A DNA stretch of 64,000 nt from Sphingobacteriaceae bacterium. Its GTDB lineage: Bacteria > Bacteroidota > Bacteroidia > B-17B0 > Aurantibacillaceae. Every line of letters begins with the position of its first letter. Position 1 is the first letter of the stretch. Location of the stretch: positions 84,888 through 148,887 of the forward strand of contig JBBIGQ010000005.1 in the NCBI GenBank assembly GCA_037447455.1. Direction: 5' to 3'. The translations under genes and the position numbers were made by a program. This document shows, piece by piece, positions 54,125 to 64,000 of this stretch. Below the pieces are notes generated by a model. That model worked only from the letters and a program-made list of their open reading frames with translations. It made no database searches and had not been told where the DNA came from.

Positions 54125-55561
54125 ATGAAACAAAACACTTTATTGGAATGTGTAAGTATGACACTGTTTATGGGTTTTCAACAATGCGTCGTTCCCCCTT
54201 ATGTTCAACGAAGTGAAAACCGGAAAACACCTGAACAATATGCTAATTCTACATCCAACGATACAATCAATTCTGCAGATATAAAATGGCAGGAATTTTT
54301 TTCGGACACGACCTTGATTCGGTTGATTGAAATTGCATTGGACAACAATCAGGAATTAAATATTCTTACTCAGGAAATACGAATGGCTCAAAATGAGGTG
54401 CGTTTTAAGAAAGCACAGTATCTTCCTTTTTTAGGATTAATGGCAAGCGCATCTCTGGACAAGCCCGGCAGATATACATTCAACGGTGCCGTGGAAGAAA
54501 ATGTTTTACTAACGGAAGATAAAAAATTTCCTGATCCTTTTTCAAACCTACTTCTGGGTGTTAATTTTTCATGGGAAATAGACATCTGGAAAAAATTGCG
54601 TAACAGCAAAAAAGCCGCAATGTATAAATATCTGGCAACGCAGGAAGGGCGTCGTTTTATGCAAATGAGATTGGTAGCAGAAATTGCAGAGACATATTAT
54701 GAGTTACTTGCTCTGGATAATGAGATGGAAATCACTCAAAATTATATTGACATTTTAAGTAATGCGTTGGAAATTGTCAAACAGGAAAAGGCGGCTGCCC
54801 GTACCACAGAATTGGCAGTAAAACGATTTGAAGCAGAGGTATTAAAAAATAAAAGCCGGATATATTATCTTCGTCAGCAAATAGTTCAGAAAGAAAATCA
54901 ATTAAACTTTTTGTTAGGACGTTTGCCACAAGCTATTCTGAGAAACTCAAAGATATTTATGGATATTGTGCCCAAGCAAGTGCTCAATGGTATTCCTTCC
55001 CAGTTATTACGAAATCGCCCGGATATTCGTATGGCCGAGATGGAATTAATGGCTACTCGTTTGGAAGTAAAGTCGACTCGTGCGGAATTTTATCCTTCTC
55101 TTCGATTAGATGGAATAGGCGGATGGAATGCCTACAATGTTTCTTATTTATTTCAATCGCCCGCTTCTATTATCTGGGGTATTGCAGGAGAAATCATTAA
55201 TCCCTTGATCAACCGCAACGCTTTGAAGGCTAATTATTTTTCAGCGATTGCTCAGCAAAACAAGGTCTCCTATCACTTTGAACAAAAAGTAATTCGGGCC
55301 TATACAGAAGTGAGCAATCAATTGGCGAATGTACAGAACTTGCAAAGTGCTTTTGAATTAAAAAAACAACAAGTGGATGCATTGAACCAAAGTATAGACA
55401 TTTCGGTAAATTTGTTTAAGAATGCACGGGCAGATTATATGGAAGTGCTCTTGACACAAAGAGATGCGTTGGAAGCAAAGTATGAACAGGTGGAAATAAA
55501 ATTTCAACAAATGCAGGCGATGATTAATTTGTATAGGTCCTTAGGCGGAGGGTGGAGATAA
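54125..55561 (+). CDS. Efflux transporter outer membrane factor (NodT/TolC family)
   Basis: 478 aa with duplicated OEP repeats. C-terminus INLYRSLGGGW is typical of the NodT family. Confidence 0.9.
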   Translation: MKQNTLLECVSMTLFMGFQQCVVPPYVQRSENRKTPEQYANSTSNDTINSADIKWQEFFSDTTLIRLIEIALDNNQELNILTQEIRMAQNEVRFKKAQYLPFLGLMASASLDKPGRYTFNGAVEENVLLTEDKKFPDPFSNLLLGVNFSWEIDIWKKLRNSKKAAMYKYLATQEGRRFMQMRLVAEIAETYYELLALDNEMEITQNYIDILSNALEIVKQEKAAARTTELAVKRFEAEVLKNKSRIYYLRQQIVQKENQLNFLLGRLPQAILRNSKIFMDIVPKQVLNGIPSQLLRNRPDIRMAEMELMATRLEVKSTRAEFYPSLRLDGIGGWNAYNVSYLFQSPASIIWGIAGEIINPLINRNALKANYFSAIAQQNKVSYHFEQKVIRAYTEVSNQLANVQNLQSAFELKKQQVDALNQSIDISVNLFKNARADYMEVLLTQRDALEAKYEQVEIKFQQMQAMINLYRSLGGGWR

Positions 55562-55602
55562 AAGTAATTACAGTTAATAAATTATCTCTTTACAACTTTC
55601 CG

Positions 55603-55610
55603 TATATTTG
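55603..55610 (+). promoter_or_regulatory. Candidate -7 box (TATATTTG) for gap
   Basis: Exact consensus 18 nt before the ATG at 55629. No clear -33 TTG. Confidence 0.35.
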
Positions 55611-55613
55611 TAA

Positions 55614-56621
<1,008 letters not shown>

Positions 56622-56622
56622 A

Positions 56623-57204
56623 ATGATGGAACTTCTTTTAGCATCCTCAAATCCCGGAAAAATTTTGGAAATAAAAGAAATTTTGGGAGAAAGTTTTTTA
56701 TTAAAAGGATTGAAAGATATTGGCATTTTTGAAGAAATACCTGAGACCGGTAAAACTTTTCACGAGAACGCACTTTTAAAAGCAGAGTACGTTTATAAAA
56801 AAACAAATTTAAATGTATTGGCGGATGATAGTGGTTTGTGCATAAAGGCATTAAATGATGCGCCGGGTGTGTATTCAGCGAGGTATGCCGGTGAACCTAA
56901 AAGTGATGAGAAAAATATTCAACTGGTTTTAGAAGAGATGAAGGATTTTGAAGATAGAAGCGCTTATTTTATGTGTGTAATATGTTTAATAATGAAGGGG
57001 AGTGTGTATTATTTTGAAGGACGAGTAGACGGCAGGATTGCACAATATCCCAGAGGAAAGAATGGCTTTGGTTATGATCCAATTTTTATTCCAAATGGTT
57101 TTAATAATACATTGGCTGAATTACCTACAGAAATTAAAAATCAATTGTCGCATAGATATATAGCATTGAAAAAGATGAAGGATTTTTTAATAGACAATGT
57201 ATGA
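56623..57204 (+). CDS. rdgB: RdgB/HAM1 family non-canonical purine NTP pyrophosphatase
   Basis: 193 aa with LASSNPGKILE, DDSGLCIKALNDAPGVYSARY, GFGYDPIF and SHR. Confidence 0.92.
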   Translation: MMELLLASSNPGKILEIKEILGESFLLKGLKDIGIFEEIPETGKTFHENALLKAEYVYKKTNLNVLADDSGLCIKALNDAPGVYSARYAGEPKSDEKNIQLVLEEMKDFEDRSAYFMCVICLIMKGSVYYFEGRVDGRIAQYPRGKNGFGYDPIFIPNGFNNTLAELPTEIKNQLSHRYIALKKMKDFLIDNV

Positions 57205-57348
57205 GTTATAAAAAGGAATATAATTTTTATTATTACTTTCTAATATTGAGTATTTTGGAATAAAAAGAGTAATGCACCTTTAACTTATTTGCATTTTCCT
57301 GAATAAAATAAATTGCTTATCTTCGCAACTCTTTTTTAGAATAGAATT

Positions 57349-60300
57349 ATGAAATATACAGAGTACAAATATCTTAATTTGCCTGAAATAAACCAAACTA
57401 TTTTAAAGTATTGGAAAGAAAATCATTGTTTTGAAAAATCAATAGAATGTCGTTCAGATGCATCGCAATGGATATTTTATGAAGGGCCTCCAAGTGCTAA
57501 TGGTTTGCCGGGTATTCATCACGTAATGTCCAGAACAATCAAGGATATTTTTTGTCGGTATAAAACAATGCAAGGATTTCAGGTGAAAAGAAAGGCCGGT
57601 TGGGATACACACGGCTTACCAGTAGAATTGGGTGTTGAGAAGGAGCTTGGTATAACGAAAGAAGATATTGGAAAAAAAATTTCTGTAGAAGAATACAATC
57701 AAAAATGCCGTGAAGCGGTGATGCGGTACACAGATAAATGGGAACAATTGACTGAGCGAATGGGTTATTGGGTAGATATGAAAAATCCTTACGTAACGTA
57801 TGATAATAACTATATTGAAAGCGTTTGGTGGCTGCTCAAACAAATTTACGACAAAGGGCTTTTGTATAAAGGGTATACCATTCAACCATACTCGCCTGCT
57901 GCCGGCACGGGCTTATCTTCTCACGAATTAAATCAGCCGGGCTGTTACAAACCTGTAAAAGATCGGAGTGCTGTTGTGATGTTTCGATTAATTCCGCCGC
58001 TATCAGAAGAAAATTGTGGCGGTGTGTGTTATTCTAATGTTACTTCTCTTTTTCAATATCATTTACCGGTATATGCACTTGCCTGGACCACCACACCGTG
58101 GACACTTCCATCTAATACAGGATTAGCGGTTCATCCAGAAATAGAGTATGTGGCTGTAAAAACCTATGCACCTTATCCTAAAACAAAGAATGCTCTTGAA
58201 AAAATAATTGTTATTCTTGCTAAACCGTTATTACAAAAATATTTTCCATTAGAAAACGGTCGTTTGGGTTTTGAAGAAGTAGATATTGCTAAGAAAAAAA
58301 TACCTTATGAAGTGATCGCCGAATTCAAAGGGCAGGATTTATTGGATGTTCGGTATGCACAATTACTTCCGTTCGTAAAACCAGAAGGCAAAGCGTTTCG
58401 AATCGTTACAGGAAAATTTGTTACAACAGAGGATGGGACGGGAATTGTACATATAGCGCCAAGTTTTGGAGAAGATGATTTTAAGGTAGCCAAAGAACAC
58501 AATTTGCCTTCACTTACTTTGGTGGATACCAAAGGAAGGTTTACTAAAGAAGTGAAAGACGATGTTTTTTTATATGGTGAAGAGCCCGTAAAGGAGGTCT
58601 ATCTGACAGAAGAAGAAAAACAATACTGGTTATCTGTACAAAAAGAAAAATTAAGCCACGTTATTTCAGATACATCAAAATTAGTGTATTTAAATGTTGA
58701 CGAAAGAATTGTTTTGAAATTACAAACAGAAGGTAAACTTTTCAAAAAGGAATTGTACGAACACAATTATCCACATTGCTGGCGGACAGACAAGCCCGTG
58801 TTGTATTATCCTCTGGATGCCTGGTTTATTAAAACAACGGCTGTTAAAGACCGTATGGTAGAACTTAATAAACAAATCAAGTGGAAGCCGGAAAGCACAG
58901 GAACAGGAAGGTTTGGTAATTGGCTTGAAAATCTCAACGACTGGAATTTATCCCGTTCTCGTTTTTGGGGCATTCCGCTGCCAATCTGGAGGGATAAATC
59001 TCTTCAATACGAGTTAGTAGTTTCGTGTAGACAAGAGTTAATAGAATGTAAAGCCATTCGGTTTTCTGATAAAAAAGAATTTACAGCACAAGGATACTAT
59101 GTTGAAAACAATTCCAGAAAAAAAATAACAAGTGAACATATTCAAACACTCGATTTGCATAAACCATTTGTGGATAACATTGTGTTTATACTTAAAGATG
59201 AAAACAACATTGAAGTTGAACTAAAAAGAGAAAGTGATTTAATAGATGTGTGGTTTGATAGCGGTTCAATGCCGTATGCGCAGCATCATTATCCGTTTGA
59301 AACAAACGATTTGAAAGGGCTTTTTCCGGCAGATTTTATAGCCGAAGGGGTGGATCAAACCCGGGGATGGTTTTTTACACTTCATGCTATTGCAACAAAG
59401 GTATTTGATAGTATAGCATATAAAAATGTGGTAAGTAATGGGCTGGTGTTAGATAAGAATGGGAATAAAATGAGTAAACGTTTAGGTAATGTGGTGGATC
59501 CTTTTGAAACACTGGAGAAATATGGTGCAGACGCTACTCGCTGGTATATGATAAGCAATGCTGCCCCATGGGATAATCTTAAGTTTGATTTGAATGGAAT
59601 ACTGGAATGTCAGAGAAACTTTTTTTCAACGCTTTACAATACTTACCAGTTTTATGCTATGTATGCTAATGTAGACCAATTTACACCTTCTGAAAAACTT
59701 ACTATACCAAAGGAAAAAAGGCACGAATTAGATAATTGGATAATTTCAAAATTAAACAGTTTAATCAAAGAGGTGTCCGAGTATTATGAAAACTTTGAAC
59801 CACATAGAGCAGCACGTGCTATTGAAGAGTTTGTAGATGAGCATTTAAGCAACTGGTACGTGCGATTATCACGTCGCCGATTCTGGAAAAATGAACACAC
59901 AGAAGATAAAATTTCTGCTTATGAAGTATTGCATTTCAATTTATATGTATTGTCTCACCTGATAGCGCCTATTGCACCATTTTTTGGTGAATGGCTGTAT
60001 TTAAATCTCAGAAATGTTGCCCTTGCTAATCATTTTCTCTATACAGCAATATCCGTGCATTTATCGAACTTTCCAAAGGTTTTGGAGGCAGATATTGATA
60101 AGGAATTAGAAGAAAAAATGCATTTGGCTCAAACCATCTCTTCGCTTATTTTATCTATTCGTAAAAAAGAAAACATACGGGTGAGACAACCTCTTTCATT
60201 GATACAAATTCCTGTTTTAAGCAAAGACATTAAGAAAAAAATAGAAAGCGTGAAAGATATTATTCTTAATGAGGTGAACGTAAAGCAACTGGAAGTGGTG

Positions 60301-60876
60301 GATGAAACTCATATTAAAATTGTCAAAAATATAAAATTAAACTTCAAATCGGTTGGAAAAAAATATCCTAAACACACTAAATTTTTACAACACTATCTTA
60401 TCAACAATGCAGAAAAATCCATTCAGGAAATTGAACAAAACGGTCAATTCGTTATTCAACACGAACAAGACGTTTTGACGCTTACACAGGAGGATGTTGA
60501 GATTATTCCGGTGGATGTGCCAGGATGGAAAGTGGCCACGAAAAATAATATTACGGTAGCATTGGATATAACAATCACAGAAACGCTTTACAAAGAAGGA
60601 CTGGCAAGAGAGTTAATTAACCGAATTCAAAATTTGCGAAAAGAGAAACAATTAGACATTACCGATAGAATAAGCATTCAAATACAATCTAATCATTCAA
60701 TAATTTCTGAAGTTATTAATGAATATAATAAGTATATTTGCAATGAAACTTTATGCGAAAAACTAAACTTTGAACATTCTGATACTATATCTAAAAATGA
60801 AGAATTGGCTGATAATATTTACGTAAACATACACCTTCAAAAAATATCTTCAACGAATACTATGATAAAAACATAG
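57349..60876 (+). CDS. ileS: Isoleucine--tRNA ligase (type 2)
   Basis: 1175 aa with a HIGH-type motif PSANGLPGIHHV, KMSKRLGN, and editing-domain TTTPWTLPSN. Confidence 0.97.
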   Translation: MKYTEYKYLNLPEINQTILKYWKENHCFEKSIECRSDASQWIFYEGPPSANGLPGIHHVMSRTIKDIFCRYKTMQGFQVKRKAGWDTHGLPVELGVEKELGITKEDIGKKISVEEYNQKCREAVMRYTDKWEQLTERMGYWVDMKNPYVTYDNNYIESVWWLLKQIYDKGLLYKGYTIQPYSPAAGTGLSSHELNQPGCYKPVKDRSAVVMFRLIPPLSEENCGGVCYSNVTSLFQYHLPVYALAWTTTPWTLPSNTGLAVHPEIEYVAVKTYAPYPKTKNALEKIIVILAKPLLQKYFPLENGRLGFEEVDIAKKKIPYEVIAEFKGQDLLDVRYAQLLPFVKPEGKAFRIVTGKFVTTEDGTGIVHIAPSFGEDDFKVAKEHNLPSLTLVDTKGRFTKEVKDDVFLYGEEPVKEVYLTEEEKQYWLSVQKEKLSHVISDTSKLVYLNVDERIVLKLQTEGKLFKKELYEHNYPHCWRTDKPVLYYPLDAWFIKTTAVKDRMVELNKQIKWKPESTGTGRFGNWLENLNDWNLSRSRFWGIPLPIWRDKSLQYELVVSCRQELIECKAIRFSDKKEFTAQGYYVENNSRKKITSEHIQTLDLHKPFVDNIVFILKDENNIEVELKRESDLIDVWFDSGSMPYAQHHYPFETNDLKGLFPADFIAEGVDQTRGWFFTLHAIATKVFDSIAYKNVVSNGLVLDKNGNKMSKRLGNVVDPFETLEKYGADATRWYMISNAAPWDNLKFDLNGILECQRNFFSTLYNTYQFYAMYANVDQFTPSEKLTIPKEKRHELDNWIISKLNSLIKEVSEYYENFEPHRAARAIEEFVDEHLSNWYVRLSRRRFWKNEHTEDKISAYEVLHFNLYVLSHLIAPIAPFFGEWLYLNLRNVALANHFLYTAISVHLSNFPKVLEADIDKELEEKMHLAQTISSLILSIRKKENIRVRQPLSLIQIPVLSKDIKKKIESVKDIILNEVNVKQLEVVDETHIKIVKNIKLNFKSVGKKYPKHTKFLQHYLINNAEKSIQEIEQNGQFVIQHEQDVLTLTQEDVEIIPVDVPGWKVATKNNITVALDITITETLYKEGLARELINRIQNLRKEKQLDITDRISIQIQSNHSIISEVINEYNKYICNETLCEKLNFEHSDTISKNEELADNIYVNIHLQKISSTNTMIKT

Positions 60877-60918
60877 TATTTTGAAAGAAGACATCATTCA
60901 TCTTAAAAACCAATATGT

Positions 60919-61899
60919 ATGGCAAAGAAAAAAATAAAAAATGAAAAGAAAAAAGCAGTAAAAAAAAATTCTGATAATAAAAAATCCCGTACTACTATGA
61001 ATAAGAAATCCAGCAAAAAAACGGACACCACCTCTAAAAAAGAAAAAAAAGAGCAAAAAGTAAAACAGCAAAAAACTTCTAAAAGTAACACAAAAAAAGA
61101 AACTGTATCTAAAGACAAAAAGCAGACGCAGAAAAAAGAAGAGAAAAAAAGAGTAAGTAAAAAAGCTACCAGTAAACCAAAAACTAAAAAAATATACGAT
61201 GAAGACGATGATTTGCTGGATGAAGAAGAATTTGAACAAGACGATACATTAGTAGATGAAGATGAAGACGTGGCTGAAGTAGAAGAAATTGATTTAAGCA
61301 ATATTGAACCCATTATCTCGGATGTGGACACTATTGAAGAAGAGGAAGAAGAATATACACCTAAAACTCGAGGAAGAAAAAAACAAGTACAACCAGAAAC
61401 ACAACATCCATTGACAATGGAAGAACTTATCCGAAACCGTCCTTTACAGATTGACCCTACTAAAAAAGTTTATGTTACCAAAAAAGAGGACGAGCCAAAG
61501 CCGTATGTAACATCAGGAAAGAATTCTAAAGCAAGATACTCAGATGGTGAATTACAGGAATTTAAAGAAATTATTTTGCAACGATTAAAAGAAACTAAAG
61601 AAAATTACGATCAGTTGAAAAAGTATTTTACTAATCAAGACGACAATGGTATTGACGATACATCGCCTACTTTCAAGATGATAGAAGATGGTTCTGGGGT
61701 TATGACCAAAGAAGAAATAGAACAACAGTTAGCACGACTGGAAAAATATATGATTGACTTACAAAATGCTCTTTTAAGAATAGAAAATAAAACATACGGT
61801 ATCTGCACAGTGACCGGAAAGTTAATTCCTAAAGAACGTTTAAGAAGTGTGCCACACGCTACAAAAAGTATAGAAGCTAAAATCAGTAGAGACATTTAA
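60919..61899 (+). CDS. DksA/TraR-like protein with long charged N-terminal extension
   Basis: 326 aa. The C-terminal ~125 aa (RYSDGELQEFKEIIL...LRIENKTYGICTVTGKLIPKERLRSVPHATKSIEAK) match the Bacteroidota DksA/TraR-type protein usually found downstream of ileS. Residues 1-~92 are Lys-rich, ~93-150 Asp/Glu-rich. Confidence 0.75.
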   Translation: MAKKKIKNEKKKAVKKNSDNKKSRTTMNKKSSKKTDTTSKKEKKEQKVKQQKTSKSNTKKETVSKDKKQTQKKEEKKRVSKKATSKPKTKKIYDEDDDLLDEEEFEQDDTLVDEDEDVAEVEEIDLSNIEPIISDVDTIEEEEEEYTPKTRGRKKQVQPETQHPLTMEELIRNRPLQIDPTKKVYVTKKEDEPKPYVTSGKNSKARYSDGELQEFKEIILQRLKETKENYDQLKKYFTNQDDNGIDDTSPTFKMIEDGSGVMTKEEIEQQLARLEKYMIDLQNALLRIENKTYGICTVTGKLIPKERLRSVPHATKSIEAKISRDI

Positions 61900-61996
61900 A
61901 AAGCGTATCAGAAAGCTCGTAAAATAAACAGATCTTATATTTCTTTATTGAGATTTTTCTTTTATAGTTCTTTTTGGAGAAAACTTTAAATCAGAT

Positions 61997-62022
61997 GGGC
62001 AACTAAAATCAAGAGTTGTCCC
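61997..62022. terminator. Weak imperfect hairpin between the convergent dksA-like and MFS genes
   Basis: GGGCAACT (61997-62004) pairs with AGTTGTCCC (62014-62022) with one bulge. No strong T-run on either strand. Confidence 0.25.
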
Positions 62023-62046
62023 CTTTAAAATGGTAAAAAGAGAGTA

Positions 62047-63294
62047 TTAGCATTTACTTAAATCTAGTTTTATTAAATCAGGGTTTGTTTTGTGTATCCA
62101 ATATACGATGAGAATGGTCATCCCGCCTCCAAAAATAATGGAAGTGGTTAATCCCATTATACTGGCTGCCAGGCCAGATTCAAAAGCACCTATTTCATTG
62201 CTTGAACCAATAAAGATGCCATTAATGGCGGTTACGCGTCCTCTCAAATGATCAGGAGTATATAATTGAAGAATGCTGTGCCGAATGACCACGCTAACGC
62301 TATCAAAAACACCTGTAAAAAAGAGCATCCAGAAAGCCAACCAATAGTTTCTTGATAAACCAAATAATATAGTAAAAAAGCCAAAAAGAGCAACAGAATA
62401 CAATAACACCCGACCGGCAGATTTTGTTGGCAGATAGAAGGTGAGTAGTAAAGACATTATCAAGGCGCCTAAGGCCGGCGAAGTTCTTAGTAAGCCATAA
62501 TATTCGGGACCTAAGTGCAATAGTTTATCTGTAAATGCCGGAATGATAGCACTCACTCCCCCAAATAATACAGCGAATAAATCTAAAGTAATGGCACTAA
62601 AAAGCATTTTACTTTTTCGGACAAATGAGATGCCTTCTTTGATACTTCCCAGAATGTTGTTTTGCTGCGTCCATTCTAAGTTTTTCTTCCCTTTATGTTT
62701 TATCATGAGCAGGCATATCCAGCTTAAAAGATATAAAACACCAACTATAAAATAATTGATTAAAGCCGCATGGGGTGCCGACGAATAAACAATGCCAGCC
62801 AAAACAGGACCTAAGATAGCACCTAAATGCCATGCACCACTGTTGATAGAAGAGGAGTAAGTATATAATTCTCTTGGAATAAACTCCGTAAGAAAAGGTT
62901 GCATGGCAGCGGCCATGAAAGCTCTGTTTACACCAAACATCACAACGACAGCATATAACACCCACATAGGTTTACTTTCAAAAAGATAAAATGAAGTTTC
63001 TGTAAAAAGTATTAAAAATACAGCAGTACTCAATAAAGTGATCGTGCCAACAAAAATGATCCATTTCCTGTTTAACTTATCGGCTACATAACCTGAATAA
63101 AAAGACGTGGTTATAAATGGTATGGCTTCTGCCAGCCCGATGAGTCCTAACATGAGTTCTTCTTTTGTATATTCATAATAGATTTGTAAGCTGATGGTGC
63201 TCATTTGCATTTGTATTCCTAATGTCAGAAACAAACGTAAGAATACAAAGTACACAAAATCTTTATTTTTTAGTAATTGTTGTATTGGGGACAT
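62047..63294 (-). CDS. MFS transporter
   Basis: 415 aa with ~12 TM segments and the motif-A-like GYVADKLNRKW between TM2 and TM3. Confidence 0.85.
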   Translation of the reverse strand: MSPIQQLLKNKDFVYFVFLRLFLTLGIQMQMSTISLQIYYEYTKEELMLGLIGLAEAIPFITTSFYSGYVADKLNRKWIIFVGTITLLSTAVFLILFTETSFYLFESKPMWVLYAVVVMFGVNRAFMAAAMQPFLTEFIPRELYTYSSSINSGAWHLGAILGPVLAGIVYSSAPHAALINYFIVGVLYLLSWICLLMIKHKGKKNLEWTQQNNILGSIKEGISFVRKSKMLFSAITLDLFAVLFGGVSAIIPAFTDKLLHLGPEYYGLLRTSPALGALIMSLLLTFYLPTKSAGRVLLYSVALFGFFTILFGLSRNYWLAFWMLFFTGVFDSVSVVIRHSILQLYTPDHLRGRVTAINGIFIGSSNEIGAFESGLAASIMGLTTSIIFGGGMTILIVYWIHKTNPDLIKLDLSKC

Positions 63295-63398
63295 AAAGAC
63301 CGAATATAAAATATAGACAACAAAACAAAATATAACATTACAGAAAAATAATAAATGCGAAAGTACCTGAAAAAACGTTATTAAAAAACAAGGAAAGA

Positions 63399-64000
63399 TT
63401 ACATGCCGCCCACGCTTTGAATAATGTCATACTTAGTAATGATGTGATATTCGCCTAACATATCTTTTGTCAGCACTGCGGGATTATCTTTTGTGATGAG
63501 TTTTGCAATATCATCTATTGTAGCATATAAATCTACAATTGGAAAGGACTCTTGCATAGTCTCTTTAACACGGGCATTTTTCAACTCCGGATTTTCTATT
63601 ATTTTTTGATATACAAAATTGTCATTTAAGGAGCCGACAAATGTATTGTTAGTTTTTACAGGAATTTGTGATATATCGTATTGTTGAAATAATAACAGGG
63701 CATCTTTGATGGATTGGTTTTCATCCACCGTAATGAGTTTTTTCTGAATATGATGTTGAATTATATCTATTGCTTTTGGTTTTGAAAAAGACAGAAAGCT
63801 CCTTTCACGCATCCAATCGTCGTTAAACATTTTTGCCAAATACCTTGAACCATGGTCGTGAAAAATGATGACTACAAAACTATTTTTATCAAAAAATGTT
63901 TTCATCTGCAATACGCCTGCCATTGCGGCACCGGCACTATTTCCGGCAAAAATACCTTCTTCCCGTGCAATCCTTCTGGTCATAATGGCGGCGTCTTTAT
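63399..64000 (-). CDS. PLP-dependent cysteine synthase / cystathionine beta-synthase-like enzyme with C-terminal CBS pair; 5' end outside window
   Basis: The frame stays open upstream of the track's Met to position 64000 (..KDAAIMTRRIAREEGIFAGNSAGAAMAGV, the GxSxGAA region of fold-type II PLP enzymes). Two CBS-domain-like repeats follow (ITVDENQSIKDALLLFQQYDISQIPV; FPIVDLYATIDDIAKLI). Confidence 0.75.
   Translation of the reverse strand, partial: KDAAIMTRRIAREEGIFAGNSAGAAMAGVLQMKTFFDKNSFVVIIFHDHGSRYLAKMFNDDWMRERSFLSFSKPKAIDIIQHHIQKKLITVDENQSIKDALLLFQQYDISQIPVKTNNTFVGSLNDNFVYQKIIENPELKNARVKETMQESFPIVDLYATIDDIAKLITKDNPAVLTKDMLGEYHIITKYDIIQSVGGM

Noticed and set aside
60898-61331. Two minus-strand ORFs (113 and 142 aa), rich in F/S/L
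   Set aside because: They are antisense to the Lys-rich (AAA/AAG) part of the DksA-like gene. Poly-Phe/Ser/Leu content is the trivial complement of poly-Lys/Glu coding.

Overview
Low-GC (roughly mid-30s % by eye) chromosomal segment of a Bacteroidota-type bacterium. The lineage call rests on a T9SS C-terminal sorting domain, a fused SecDF, the DUF3098-uppP pair, b558-type sdhCAB, an atpBEFHAG operon without atpDC, and recurrent TAnnTTTG -7 promoter boxes. The window is mostly core housekeeping: secDF, ispG, trmH-like, truB, uppP, sdhCAB, 3-hydroxyanthranilate dioxygenase, carB, atpBEFHAG, queA, trxA, PBP1A, rpsA, rpsF-rpsR-rplI, gap, rdgB, ileS, two tRNAs, and two RND efflux operons (one CzcA type, one HAE1 type). 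Accessory or unusual content: (1) a 780-bp MNT/HEPN toxin-antitoxin cassette sits exactly between sdhC and sdhA, and its HEPN gene is frame-broken. (2) A 2.4-kb islet between carB and atpB carries an intact 208-aa ORF I cannot assign, followed by a decaying McrC-like PD-(D/E)xK nuclease gene. (3) A tightly packed operon led by tRNA-Arg encodes a GH3 amido-synthetase-like protein, a secreted protein, MarR, and an arginase-fold protein whose Mn-ligand positions appear substituted. (4) A DksA/TraR-like protein has a ~195-aa basic-then-acidic N-terminal extension. (5) A glycine-rich repeat secreted protein is present. I saw no CRISPR array, transposase, integrase or phage gene. I do not see a convincing intact novel multi-gene system; the carB-atpB islet and the sdh-embedded TA cassette are the best leads. 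All domain calls come from motif recognition by eye and need HMM or structure searches.
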